A DNA stretch of 64,000 bases from Eledone cirrhosa (GCA_964016885.1 OZ024745.1:33108001-33172000), one strand, 5' to 3'. Shown: positions 12,929 through 25,570, numbered from the stretch's first letter. Numbers and translations are program-made. The notes: a model not told the origin generated them from the sequence alone.

Positions 12929-14039
12929 GATTGCGGTATTAATGCAGCTTCAGTCTAGAGAACGTGCAAAAAATCCCAGGCAAGAAATTACCCACAATGC
13001 GTTTGTGTGTTGCTATCAGTTAGCTTCTTTCACTGCTTACCTGCCCCTGGTGTTAGCTTGTCACCTAAGGGGGAACCACTGTTGCATACACGTGTGTACT
13101 TTTAGTCGGAGATGTACGTTAATTTATAATATATACTTATTACATACATAAAAAAAGTGTGTATGTATATATACAGCTGTATGCACGCACACATGATTGT
13201 GTATGTGTATATAGAGAAAGATTGATATATACACGTTTATGTACGCATATAGATACACAGTTTGTATCTACCTAAACAAAATACTCATTTCATATAGTAG
13301 GATTTATCTATTCGCGTAAAGCTAATAATTTATCCTGTCGCTAAGATTTTCTCCATATGTGTTATTCTTCAAAATACAAAAATATGGCAATTTATCACTG
13401 CGTGATCGTACATAGCAAAAAAACTCTAAATAGCGGCGTGATAAATCGAATATCTTCGAATGAATATATATATATACAGGTGACGTTACCAAGTTGAAAC
13501 TTCGAAGTCCCAGCCGAGTTTCTGTCCTTTATTTTTTAAATTATATATATATATATATATATGTGTGTATGTTATGTATATATATTTATACATGTGTGTA
13601 TGTTTGAATATATATGTTTGTGTGTATACATGCCAACAGCAATATATATATTCCTTTACCTGTTCCAGCCTTGCTGGGGCACCGTCCTTATGATGAAGGA
13701 TGCGAGAATAAGTACTCAATATTGAGTTTAATTATATTCTTTATTATGATTAAGTGACGAGTTTTGTTACTCTGTGTACTCACATGATCATCAGACAAGA
13801 CTATCTTGTCTGATAATCATGTGAGTACTCTTACATGATGGCAGCCACCCCGTGATCAACTATGGCTATCAAGTGACATTAGCTTGAGTCATGTGGGTGC
13901 TGCAAACGAATATTTTTTTAGGCCTGCAAACGACTTGCAGTATTTTGTACTGAGTTGGCAGGTGTGCAGCGCTCTGGATATAACATTATTGGCCTCTTGA
14001 GGACCATTATGCATTTTAATGTACCTTTTTAGGTTCTGC

Positions 14040-15280
14040 TTATGTATGTTGCGTTTCTGGCCATGGCAATTTGGTAATCAACAGGAGCTCTATATTCATG
14101 ACTGCAGAGATTTCTTTTTGCATGGAAAAATGGGGATAGCAGAGACCAGTACCAGGTAGCTAAGAGAGAAGCTAGACATCAGGTATATACAGCTTGGAGA
14201 AAGGCTGAAGAAAGAAAGTTTGCCAACATCCTGAGACGTCAAGATCAGAGACGCAAAATGTTCCACATTGCAAGGCAGTGTGAATCGTGATGTTATTGGG
14301 GAAGAGTGTGTTAGAAATGACACCGGTGCATTTAGCACCACTGATGCTCAAAGGGAAGAGGCCTAGAAATGTTGCTATGAGAGACTGATGAATGTTGAGA
14401 ATAAATGGGAGGAAGAGAAAATACCCCACCCTACACAATAGAAGGGTTAGCCATAGAAGTTAACAGTTACAGGGTTAAAGAAGCTATCAAAGAGATGAAA
14501 AATGATAAAGCTGTAGGATCATTAGAGATAGTTGCTGAGATGCTAAAAGCAGCAGAAGTAAGAGTCAAACTAGTAACCCGCAAAAGTTATGCCCTAGAAA
14601 GGAACAAGTATAGATGAATAAAACTAATGAACCAAGTTATGAAAGTGATGGAAAGAGTTATAGTGCAACTAATTAGAGAAAGAGTCAAATTAGATGAAAT
14701 GCAGTTTGGTTTCCAAAAATAATCCACTCTCCCTAGCTTTCGTTGATCTAGAAAAGGCATTTGACAGAATACCTTGATCTATTATCTGGTGGTCCTTAAG
14801 GACATTACGTGTAGAAGAATGTTTGGTGGGAGCAGTGCAAGCTATGTACAGAGGAACTGTCAGCAAAGTGAGTTTAATGAGGAAATAAAGGTAGAGGTAA
14901 GACTTCATCATGGTTCGGTTCTCAGTTCACTGCTGTTCATTATAATTCTCTAGGCTATAAAAGAGGAGTTTAAGACTGGTTACCCATGGGAACTTCTTTA
15001 TGTAGATGATCTGGTCCTTATAGATAAATCCATTAAAGAACTAGAAAATAAGTTCCGACAATGGAAACAGAATTTGGAATCAAAAGGTCTGAGAGTAAAT
15101 TTAGCCAAAGCTAAAGTGCTAGTGAGTAGGAGAGAAGATAGGAATCTGATTCCTTCAGTAGCCCTGATCGATATGTAGAAAGGGAGTAGGCATAAACTCC
15201 ATATGATGTACAGAATGTAAATATTGGGTACACAAGAGATGTAGTGGGATAATGGGTAGACTAATGAGAAGTGTGACTTG
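14040..15280 (+). mobile_element. Degenerate RTE-clade LINE reverse transcriptase fragment
   Basis: Broken frames give AFVDLEKAFDRIP, LHHGSVLSSLLF and ELLYVDDLVL, plus a C-rich WVHKRCSG segment; many stops. Confidence 0.85.
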
Positions 15281-15309
15281 CTTTCTGAATCCTGAGATTC
15301 ACTTCATCA

Positions 15310-16930
15310 TCTAGACCTGTTCAGGGTGCTCCCAGGGCACTTCTGTATTGGTTTCCAGGTGTAGATTGCAGCATCACCGCAGTCTTTTTGAGATTTATTG
15401 TCAGCCCCAAGACAGTGCAAGTCTTCTCAAAAGCATCCATCAGATGTTGCATAGCCTCTTCTGTGTGAGACAAGATCACAATCATCAGCAAGGAGCAAAT
15501 CCTTCACCAATTTCAAAATTACATTTGTTGTTGCCTTAAAATATCTGATGTTGAAGATATTTCTTGTTATTTGATAGCGGACATAAACATCATGACTACA
15601 GTCCTTGAAAGCCAATTGAAATACCATTGCGAAGTTCAAAACAAAGTGTCAGAGCAGGAATATCTGCCTACTTCACTCCATTTCTGACGTTCATAGGTTC
15701 AGATAACTTTCCAACCACATTTACATGAGCAAATATGCCATCATGAAACCCTTTCAGAAATTTCAGAAATTTTTCAGGGTACCCAAGCTTCTCCAATGTT
15801 CTCCATATACATATATACTTGCATGCATACATATATACATACAAGATGGTTGAAGTTTGATTCAAGAGTTACCACCACATGATCCCCCTCTCATACATGA
15901 GTGGCATGAATATGACTTTAGCTCTGCATATTCTGCAGTAATGAACATTACTTCTACTTTGATTCCCTGTTTTGTTTTGGTGAGCTTTTAAATGATGTTG
16001 GGGTCCACCGACTGTGGCACATTGTTTTCCACACTTCCAACAGGAAGAAATGCCAAAGAGATCATTGCAACATTTTTTGTACATGGTTTCTATGATGACT
16101 TCTAAGACCAACTTTACTGAGGCTAATCAGGCCACACTCATTGCACATAAAGTTATTTTGAGCATCTGAAAATCCACTTAAAGTAATATTGTGTAGACCC
16201 TTACACAGATCCTTCTTTAATTTTTTATGCTCTACACAAAATTTTTCAAATTCCTCTTTTTCATTAAACACTGTTTTCTTGCAAGATGATCAGTCTAAAG
16301 CAACGTCTTCTCAGTTATCTTCTCCGATTCTTTACTCTTTTGATGCTGTCTTTATACCTGAGTTTTGGTTTATGCCTTGGCCATTTGCCTTTGACTAACG
16401 CCCCATACATTAACTGTTTAAGAATACAATGTTCCTGCATTCTTACAACATGGCCACTCAAGCGCAATCTATATTGAATTATGGGAGATTCAATACTTTC
16501 AAAATAACTTTGTTCTAGCACTTCAACATCACTCATATGTGACTACCAATGGATACTGAGAATTTGGCAAAGACACTGTTCATGAAAATGTACAAGCATT
16601 TTTATATTTCGCTGGTATGAAGACAATACACATGTTCTGTACGCCTTTAACTTTGTATCAATGAAAATCTCACATCGACATTAAAGATGCTTATTTAATT
16701 TTCCAAAAGAATCACTTTTCACCTTCAAGGATGAACCATGATAGCTGTGCTGCCTAAATACACAAATTTATCCACAATTTTCAATGTTTTGCCATATACA
16801 TAAAGGCTCAGCTCAATGAAGTCCTTGCCTGGAGTAGGTCGATACATGACAACTGTTTTGGCCAGACCGATTGTCAGACCTAAGGCACTGCATACCTCTG
16901 AAAAAAGAATCCATCAGGTGCTGCATTCCA
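15310..16930 (-). mobile_element. Two rearranged RTE (BovB-like) LINE fragments, one ending in C2H2 zinc fingers
   Basis: LGYPEKFLKFLKGFHDG...VRNGVK, DLLLADDCDLV, LRLSGHVVRM...RYKD, followed by CNECG..KVGLRSHHRNH and CWKCGK...HLKAH. Confidence 0.85.
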
Positions 16931-17049
16931 TTTTGGCATGTCTTCTAATGCTAGATGTCCTCCCTATCAATGAATGTTAAAGCATCTTCTCTATCCTATA
17001 TCAATTCTTATTTGAATTTCCTGCTCTCCTCAACAGGTAGTGTCTAATG

Positions 17050-17560
17050 TCGACCCTGATTGTATATACAAGACTAGCACTTACACCTGCAATGGCGTTA
17101 GCGAGATGTGAGCACCCCAATGCCATCATCAAACAATTCCAGTTACTCTGTTGTTTTCAGATGCAATTATACATGATGCACCCATAAGTGAACACTCTTC
17201 TTTTATGTGCAAAACTTTAGGGCTCCTGCTACTCATATTGGCACAATGAAATCTATGTTTGGAGAGATTGTAGAGATACCAAAAAGAAAAGTAGGACATG
17301 TATGCAGTGTACAAGATGGACGGAAGCCTCTGCCAGACTCTTTACAATTAAGGAACAACTTCTTTTGCATGGGCAACAGCTAGATACTAGGCATATTGTT
17401 AGCAGAGTAATGGGTAGATTTGAGGCAATATGTGACAGAAAAATTAAGTTTAGGGCCAGCATGAGACTTCAAGTGTCCTCAGTCCCCACACTGATTTTCT
17501 TCATAAAATTAGAAAGACAGCAGCCTGCCTAGAATGAAGGGAAAAGGAACCGAACCTTGC
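17050..17560 (-). mobile_element. Possible highly degenerate non-LTR retroelement C-terminal remnant
   Basis: Coding-like composition with Cys-rich and ...LIVKSLAEA... / PNIDFIV segments reminiscent of restriction-like-endonuclease LINEs; motifs are weak. Confidence 0.25.
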
Positions 17561-18011
17561 CATTGAGGAAAAGTGTGCTTGAAGGGAAAGACAAACAGTA
17601 ACATGGGAGGAGTGCATCTTCAAATGCTGTTGCTGTGTATGAGACTGTTATTCCCGTGTGAGCCTGTAGTCAAAATGGATGCTGCAGCTCATCAACAGTT
17701 TAAATGAAATTCTTTAGGCTCAAATGCATAGTCTTTTGAGAGAGAAAGATTCTAAGAATATATCTGTGTGTGTGTGTGTATGTATGCGTGGTAACCATTG
17801 ATAAAAGGTCAAGAAAAACAATGCTCAATCTAGTACAAGATAGCTTATTTGGTCTATATTAAATTTCATACACTTAATATGTAGTCGTGTTTTTAGTGAT
17901 GTATTATTATAATCTAGGTTTTCTTTGGAATTACCCTCAGTTCTTGAGTAGAAACTCATCACGAACTATGACCCCTTTTCGAAAAGTAATGCTTTTTCTT
18001 TAAAATTTGTC

Positions 18012-18091
18012 TTTGGGCCTGACGAGAGAGGCCAGTTACTCCACTATACAGTAGTGGTCATAACTGAACCCGAAACCTAAGGTCGCGCATA
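18012..18091 (+). ncRNA. Type I hammerhead ribozyme motif (family C, long stem II)
   Basis: CTGACGA (18019), stem II CAGTTA/TAACTG plus CCACTA/TAGTGG, GAAA (18072), stem III ACC-TAA-GGT, GTC triplet; stem I imperfect. Confidence 0.7.
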
Positions 18092-18115
18092 CATGAAATT
18101 TAATATTGCAAAAAA

Positions 18116-18165
<50 letters not shown>

Positions 18166-18214
18166 ATGATGTTAATAAATGTCAACTATATTTATAAAAC
18201 CATATTTATTCTAT

Positions 18215-18430
18215 TATATATATTTCAAGGGTACCAAAACTTTGGTACACACTCATCAAATAAAATACAAAGTTTGTTTTATAAATATTGACATATCCAG
18301 GAACGAGATCTTTCCTGAAAAAACTTGAACCGTTAAGATCTTGTTCCTGGATATGTCAATATTTATAAAACAAACTTTGTATTTTATCTGATGAGTGCGA
18401 ACCAAAGTTTTGGTACCCTTAAATATATAT
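18215..18430. repeat. ~85-bp-arm palindrome of a Penelope-pLTR-like repeat (family F)
   Basis: AAGGGTACCAAAACTTTGG...GAACGAGATCTT / AAGATCTTGTTC...CCAAAGTTTTGGTACCCTT; related copies at 22720-22860, 25150-25215 and 32895-33163. Confidence 0.8.
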
Positions 18431-18594
18431 TTTATAGATGGCACACTATCTCTCTCTCTCTCTCTCTCTCTAGTGTGTTACCTTTTCAACATATTGTATT
18501 TTAAAGAGCTTAGGATTCCTTTTCCTTTGAGCACATTATTGACAGGGAATAACGAGAATCTATGGCTCCATTAATTTATTGTTATATATATATA

Positions 18595-19050
18595 TGTAAC
18601 GAAGGGTATTAGTAGTGGTTGTTAGATGTAAGAACAACAAATAGCTGATTTACTTTATATATAAAAAGGTTTACTTAACTTCAGTCAAAAATAACAATAA
18701 ACAAGTTACCACGAGTCGTGAAGGTTGACAATGTTATTTTGTTGTTGGTTCATGAGGCTGGTGTAGTCTGAGACCAGGAGAGAGAAAGAGTAATGGTCTG
18801 TGGTTGACTGTAGACCTCCGTGGTCTGTAGGTAGCGATGAATCTTTCACATAGCTGTACTATAACGTATGGCCCCGATCTCTCTGTTTGTTAGACGTGGG
18901 ATAATACAGGCTTTATATACCTGTCGCTGTCTGTCTCCCACTTCGAGGGGTCGCTCACGCATGAACCTGTCCACGCCGAAAAGGATGGTGACCTAGAATT
19001 TGACTTTTAGGTGTCACCCAGGGTTCAAGGCATGGACAGATCTCGCTACA
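18595..19050. mobile_element. Solo LTR inserted in a (TA)n tract
   Basis: 456 bp with TG...CA ends and short terminal inverted repeats TGTAACGA/TCGCTACA; TATA-like signal on the minus strand; TA run on both sides. Confidence 0.7.
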
Positions 19051-19201
19051 TATATATATATATCATACACAAAACGCCAGCATCAACAGTTTTCCAAGAT
19101 TACAACATGAATGGACCTGTTATTTTTCTCTAAAAAAATATTTTTTCGATTCCGCCCTGCTAGTCTCCTCAATCTTCCTACTTTTCTTTAATTTATCATT
19201 C

Positions 19202-19241
19202 TATTTTCTGATGAAGGACTAGCGTCCGAAACGTTAAGACA
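19202..19241 (+). ncRNA. Minimal type I hammerhead motif (family D)
   Basis: CTGATGA-A-GGAC TAGC GTCC-GAAAC-GTT: 4-bp stem II and palindromic AACGTT stem III, the minimal form described for Penelope-like elements. Confidence 0.7.
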
Positions 19242-19344
19242 CTTTTCTTACTATATCAAACGTAAAACTAATAATCGTTTGTTCTGTTTGCCTTTTGGAT
19301 GTGTGTGTGTGTTGTGTGTGCATGCATGTATGTATGTATGTATG

Positions 19345-20772
19345 TATACTTGGTTGCCCTGATAAGTTCCTTGCTTTGGTTAGGCCTTTCCATGTCAACA
19401 TGAAGGCTTGGGTTAATGTCAGCGGTAGCATGTCGGAGCCTATCTCAGTAAAAAATGGAGTGAAACAGGGGTATATTCCAGCACCGACCCTGTTTGCCAT
19501 ATACTTTGCAATGGTTTTCTATATTGCATTCAGGAATTGCGAGCATGGTGTTTACATCCAATATCGAACCTCTGGCAGCGTATTTAACATCAGGCACTTT
19601 GCTGCAAAAACAAAAGTATTTGCATCAATCATAAGAGACCTCTTGTATGCAGATGATTGCGATCTTGTAGCGCACACAGAGAGTGATATGCAGCACATTT
19701 TGAATACATTTTCTGATGCTTGCACAGTCCTAGGATTGACTGGCAGTCTCAAGAAAACCGTCGTCATGTACCAACCTGCCTCTGGTAAGCAGTACAGTGA
19801 GCCAAATATCTATGTGTGTGGTAAACGACTTGGAGTGGTTGATCAGTTTGTCTACCTGGGAAGCACTCATCATCATCATCATCGTTTAACGTCCGTGTTC
19901 CATGCTTGCATGGATTTGCACTGTCAATCGATACAGCAATCTTGCTAATGAAATTCCATTCTGGATTAGGAAAGCAAGTGATGCTTTCGGAGAGCTAGAA
20001 AGACGCCTCTGGGGTCGACGAGACATACACAAGAAGACAAAAGTAAAGGTGTACAACGCATGTGTGCTCTCTTCTCTTCTTTATGCCCACAAGACCTGGG
20101 TCACATATAGACACTACCTTAAACAATTGGAGCATTTCCATCAGATGTGTCTCAGACGGATCCATGGCGTTCACTGGGGGGACTACATCAGTGATATCGA
20201 GATTTTGGAAAGCTCTCTGTGTGACAGTAAAGAAGCTCTTGTGCTTAAGCAAAGACTCTGATGGAGTGGTCACCTTGCCAGGATGAAGGATTCTAGAATA
20301 TTGAATGCTAACATCTCTGCTGATACATGGGAAAACGTAGCTGCTGATCGTAATAAATGGAGAAAGATTGTATATGAGGGCAAAGTTGCCCATGAGGCAT
20401 CTCGAATCGCATACAAGAAAGTAAAAAGGGATGTGAGGAAGGGCATTGCTGTTGCATTTCCAGACAACGCTGACATGCGTTGTCTGTGTGAGACTCTGTC
20501 TCAGCAAAGCTGGACTCGAGAGTCATCTTCGCAGTCATAAAGTGAGACCGGTGGTTGACTACCAGGCTGCTGTTGGAGATGCTGCTCATCATGTCTGCCA
20601 AGCATGTGGTAGAGAGTGTAAATCAGCAGGAGGGCTCAAACGACATGCAAAAGTGCATGCACTCCAACGACAGCTGGCTACTGCCAGTGAATGTTTTGGT
20701 TGCCAACTCTGTGCAAGCCATTTTAGATCATTGGGTGGGCTAAAAATCAATATTCGATTGCAGCACCGCTAA
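19345..20772 (+). mobile_element. 5'-truncated RTE (BovB-like) LINE with three C-terminal C2H2 zinc fingers
   Basis: VKNGVKQGYIPAPTLF, DLLYADDCDLVAH, FVYLGS, KVYNACVLSSLLY, WSGHLARM, then three CxxC...HxxxH-type units; interrupted at ~19868-19918 by a (CAT)n-tailed short element. Confidence 0.9.
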
Positions 20773-20775
20773 TTG

Positions 20776-20813
<38 letters not shown>

Positions 20814-20819
20814 GATATG

Positions 20820-20904
<85 letters not shown>

Positions 20905-20926
20905 TAATATATATATATATATATAT

Positions 20927-21087
20927 AACAAAGGAAATGTGGTAAGGAACCAGGTGGACCATAATGCACCAAAGTACTCAATACTTAGGGTAGTAGAGTG
21001 GGTAATAGGAATGAGTAGGACCCCGACCCCGAGTCCAGAATTAGCCGTCGAAACGGCTTGAGCTCAGCCATCGGGGTCCTACTCGTT

Positions 21088-21091
<4 letters not shown>
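20927..21091. repeat. Hairpin element with half-hammerhead (family E) between (TA)n tracts
   Basis: ATAGGAATGAGTAGGACCCCGA...TCGGGGTCCTACTCGTTCCTAT inverted arms plus a tail shared with 25655-25850 and 45110-45308. Confidence 0.75.
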
Positions 21092-21130
<39 letters not shown>

Positions 21131-21162
21131 TTAAAATTCTCTTTTATTATCATTATTATTAC

Positions 21163-21845
21163 ATCCCGCCGAGGTTGACTTTGCCTTTCATCCTTACGGG
21201 GTCGATAAAATAAAGTACCAGTAATGCACTGGGTAATTGCTGGCCTTGTGCCTAAAGCAGAAACAATTATTATTACATCGGTGGTGGATTGGCAGTAGTT
21301 ACGTCCCTTTACGATCTGAGTTCAAATCCCGCCGAGGTTGACTTTGCCTTTCATCCTTACGAGGTCGATAAAATAAAGTACCAGTAATGCACTGGGTAAT
21401 TGCTGGCCTTGTGCCAATAGTAGAAACAATTATTATTACATCGGTAGAGGGTCGGACGCCATGCTTTGACGTATAGAGTTACGGCCCTTGCCATTCTGAG
21501 TTCAAATCCCTCCGAGGTTAACTTTGCCTTTCATCCTTATGGGGTTGATAAAATAAAGTACCAGTCACGCACTGGGGTCGATTTAATCAACTTTCCCCTC
21601 CCCCCAAATTACTGGCCTTGTGCCTATATAAGAAACCATTATTATTACAGCGTTGGATTGGCAGTATCGGTAGAGAGCCGGATGCCATGCTTTGACGCAT
21701 AGAGTTACGGCCCTTGCCATTCTGTGTTCAAATCCCTGCGAGGTTAACTTTGACTTTCATCCTTACGGGGTCGATAAAATAAAGTACCAGTAATGCACTG
21801 TTTAATTGCTGGCCTTGTGCCAAAAAGTAGAAACAATTATTATTA
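21163..21845 (+). mobile_element. Tandem array of four variably truncated family A SINEs
   Basis: Four repeats of CCGAGGTT(G/A)ACTTTGCCTTTCATCCTTACGGGGTCGATAAAATAAAGTACCAG...GGCCTTGTGCC...AGAAAC(ATT)n. Confidence 0.88.
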
Positions 21846-21994
21846 TTGTCATTATTGTTGTTATGTTTTTTTTTCGTGCAATGGCCATACTCGATAACGA
21901 GGGGGCAGCCATCATCATGTATATATATATATATGTATCTACTAATATATTATGTTCTTGTGTTTTTGTACGTCACGCAAAGGGAAGTAACTCA

Positions 21995-22305
21995 TCTACT
22001 ACTTTGACGCTAAACTCCACCAGTTGCAGTCTGCGCATCAACATGAGATATTTTTCTCCACAAAGTTCGATCAACAGCAGAGTTTAAAGAGGAAAGATCA
22101 AGTCCAGCCCATAGGTTAACATTATCAAGCCATCGTTTTGGCTGCCGGCCTCTGCTTCTCTCACCAGCCAACTTTCCTTCCAGGCAACTCACACCACGAG
22201 TTGATCTTTTACTTTAAACTCTGCTGTTGCTGATCAAACTTTGTGGTGAAAAATAATGTTGATGCGCAGTCTGCACCTGGCGGAGTTTAGTGTCAAAGTA
22301 GTAGT
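21995..22305. mobile_element. RTE LINE 3'-end fragment with inverted partial copy
   Basis: Minus strand encodes CLEGKLAGERSRGRQPKRWLDNV..W...DRTLWR; 22214-22303 is an inverted copy of 21995-22088. Confidence 0.7.
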
Positions 22306-22999
22306 GTGTATGTAATAATTGTTTCTACTTTTGGCACAAGGCCAGCAATTAACCAGTACATTACTGATACTAGTGTGTATGTAATAATAATGTTTAACTA
22401 GCGTTCTTAGAATGGCTACACTTTTGTGAGTGTATGTGTGTGTGAGTGTGTTTGTGTCTGTGTGTTTTTATGTGTGAGTATGTGCGTGAGTGTATGTATG
22501 AGTATATGTGTGTGTTTTTGTGTGTGTGAGAGTGTGTGTGTGTGTGAGTGTATGTGTTGTCCAAGGAGCCAAGTCCCTAGCAATATCGCAATAAATTAGA
22601 ATTATTAGGAATATAAAACGACCGCAGTTGAAAGGTACATACGAATACACATCTACCCTTTAGCCGTCATTTTTGACGGCAGGGGGCCAGCTAGTATATA
22701 TATATATATGTATGTAAGCAAAGGGATATTTAATTTGTTGGGAATTCAACAAGTATATTTATAACAGATTCGAAGCACTCGACAAGTTTTCTTGAGTATA
22801 ATATCAATGATATTAATAAATGGAAACTATATTTATAAAACCATATTTATTCTATTATAACTGCTAAAAAAAATATACTTTATTTCATAAATATATCCTT
22901 CATAGTTGCACAAACAACATTACTAATCGTTTGCAATTCCTTCTGAATGAAAATATAAATGGAGCATATAAATAAATTTACAGTAGAATAACATAACTA

Positions 23000-23645
23000 A
23001 TATGTTTTACATATATACATAAATAACATTACAAATGCCTCAGTAACACTACAAAGGATGATACAATGAAAGATATATTCCTTCAATGCTACAATATTAA
23101 AGAACATGTAAAGGAAGGGGTGAATAACGGAGCCAACACCAGAGCAAAAGACAGCAACGTTGCAATACTGGGCAACCTCTCTAATGATTTTTGAGGCAAG
23201 CCAGCACACTCGTAGCGTTGCCTCGGGTGAGGGCGAAGCTGATGCGCTGAAACAGCCAAGCACCCTCGGGAGATTCGCCAGTGAGGAAAGGAACCTCGCA
23301 GTCAGCGGCCCGACTCCCCCAAACGTCTCGAAAGTCACAGGCTGAAAAATGTAGCTGGCCAACAGATCAGAGTATTTGAGGGTCTTACTCCGCTCTGCTG
23401 CAGAAGCTGTGGCTCTCGTCCTAATCGCAACACCCAGGATGTGGGAAAGAGCAAAAGAGTCACTAACAGTGACGTCCCAGGATAAGACCGTCAGGTCTTT
23501 TACCGTCACTTCTAGACAACCCAGATGGTTCCAAGACTGAGGGGATATTCGCCCGGGCCAAAGCTCTCTTCAGAATGAGGTTTTGCTCCGTGTGACGCGC
23601 GAAGCGGCCGGCATTCAGGCGGCAAGAAAGACCGTGGAGGCCTGT
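23000..23645 (-). mobile_element. CRE-clade (restriction-like endonuclease) non-LTR retrotransposon 3' fragment
   Basis: [47 protein letters not shown] and ISFALTRGNA-type motifs. Confidence 0.8.
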
Positions 23646-23647
23646 AG

Positions 23648-24110
23648 GAATTAAGCCGTACAGTGTTTAGCAACCATCGTTACTCTTTTGTTCAACATTG
23701 ACAAAGGAACGATGTACTAGTTTCAAGCTTATTAGCTATCGTCAGCACCGTACACCTTCCTGCCAGATGATTGAACGTCTGAAAGTATATACTTTCCTTA
23801 TGCATATTAACTGCTGAGCAGCCTAATTTGCATATCGAGTGAGTTAATCGGCTGGGCGCACCGAAAACGATAAATGGAAAAAATGAAACGAAATTTCATT
23901 TCTCACTCTTAGTACGGCTGTTACTTAAATATAAGTATGTATACGTACATACATATATGTATACAGACGTACAGTAGTATGTATATATATGCATATATGC
24001 ACTCATATATATATATGTGCGTATGGATTTACCGAACATTTATTATAATGCTCGGTTTGTTTGTAAATAAACATCCCGAATTAAGCCGTACAGTGTTTAG
24101 CAACCATCGT
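23648..24110 (-). mobile_element. ORF-less ~430-nt hammerhead element (family B) with 33-nt terminal redundancy
   Basis: GAATTAAGCCGTACAGTGTTTAGCAACCATCGT at 23648 and 24078 (period 430); internal hammerhead and octamer; second copy at 32347-32720. Confidence 0.75.
23710..23750 (-). ncRNA. Type I hammerhead ribozyme (family B)
   Basis: Minus strand reads CGGTG-CTGACGA-TAGCT AATA AGCTT-GAAAC-TAGTA-CATCG: full core, stem I CGGTG/CATCG, palindromic ACTAGT stem III, GTA triplet. Confidence 0.85.
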
Positions 24111-24189
24111 ATATATATACATACTACTGTCCGTCTATATACATATATGTATGTACGTTTAGATGGGTATGTTATGTTATAGATGATAA

Positions 24190-25215
24190 ATTATTTAAAT
24201 GTATAGTATTTTACATTGGAAAAATATTTAGAATCTAGTTTTGTTTATTTAATTAAAGTAAGTTTGGCAAAATTGTATTTAGCCAGAATTTGTTAATAGT
24301 TGTAAGTCAAATCTTAAACACCTAAAAAATTCCAAAGATTACGAAAAATTACGAGAGTTTACAAAGGATTAAGTACTTAATTAGAAGTATATACTAAAAC
24401 CATTTAAAAATTCAGACTATAAATTAAGACTATAAAAATTGAGATTATAAAAATCAATAAAGGAAATTTAAAGGAAGTTTAAAAGGGATTTAAAAAAAAA
24501 CTCAAATGACTCCAAGGATACATAAAAATCTCTTAAAAAGTTATAAGAAGTTATAAAAAATGATCTTAAAATATAATTAAAACATAAACCATACATTATT
24601 CCAAATTTATAAAAGTATTTGGAAATATATGAAAATGCATAAATATTAAAAATGTTTAAAATATTGGAAGATATGAAAATAATAGTTTTTCCGTATCTTT
24701 CAAAAAAATCTTCCAAAAAATTTTCAAAAAATCCTTTTAAAAAACATTCAAAAAGTCTTTTAAAAGAAAATTTTAAAAATCTTCGAAAACCTTTCTTAAA
24801 AGAATTTCAAGTAGTCATTCAAAAAGGTTATGATATATTTTTTGGAGGTAGGATTGATAAGTGTAATAATATAAAGTATATTTATGAAGTAGAAATATTA
24901 GAAAGTAAAGGTTTTAAGGAGTAAATTAAACATTTTATAAGTGTATTTTATATATTTACGAAGTTATTAAAATTAGAATTATATTAAATTCTTGAACCAT
25001 ATATGGATATAATCTGAGGAATGAGATTATAGGTGTTTGGATAGAGAAAACCGTTGCTTTTTCAATTTTTCTGACACTCATTTGCATACTTACTCATAAC
25101 CTTTGAATCACCCTAAATAAAATATTTTTTCCACTATCCAGCGAACCTTAACCGTTAAGGTTGTCTTTATGTATGTCAATATTTATAAAACAAATTTGTA
25201 TTTTATCTGATGAAA
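24190..25215 (+). mobile_element. Putative decayed Penelope-like element ORF followed by a family F repeat
   Basis: Extremely A-rich, Lys-rich broken frame (IVFPYLSKKSSK...VVIQKG...KYIYEV) resembling the PLE RT-to-GIY-YIG linker; flanked by an inverted family F copy upstream and a direct copy downstream. Confidence 0.4.
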
Positions 25216-25570
25216 GCATGTGTCACATGACCTCTACCGACCAATCAAAATTGTTTTGACCACAAGAATTTTTGCAACACCAAAGTAACGCTGGAGCCAC
25301 TTTTTTAACATAAAAACAGGTAGAATTCCCAAAACTAATCAGATCAGAGCAAACAACACCGACACTCTATCTCAAAATTATTTTTGAAAAGCATTTAGAA
25401 ATGCGCAACCGGTAAAAACTTAAAACCACAACTGAATACTAACCCATACAATCACTAATACTCTTTTATTCCTAATTAAACCATTTTTCAACTGTGAACA
25501 ATTTGTCAGCATTTTCTATTCCGTTTACCAATATATAATAACTTGTGTGTTACACCTCTATTCTTTTAAC

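Noticed and set aside
18388-18418. CTGATGAGTGCGAACC as an additional hammerhead (also 25207 and ~32985 minus)
   Set aside because: GAAA is missing, and sister copies read GTGTACC or GCATACC at that position, so the core is not conserved.
20747-21061. ORFs rich in YI/CV/TH repeats (also 32641-32927, 42378, 62286-62735 and others)
   Set aside because: These are translations of (TA)n, (TG)n and (TATG)n microsatellites, not genes.
21163-21845. CRISPR-like or tRNA-gene array
   Set aside because: Eukaryotic context; the units are long SINEs with only A/B-box remnants, no cloverleaf and no unique spacers.
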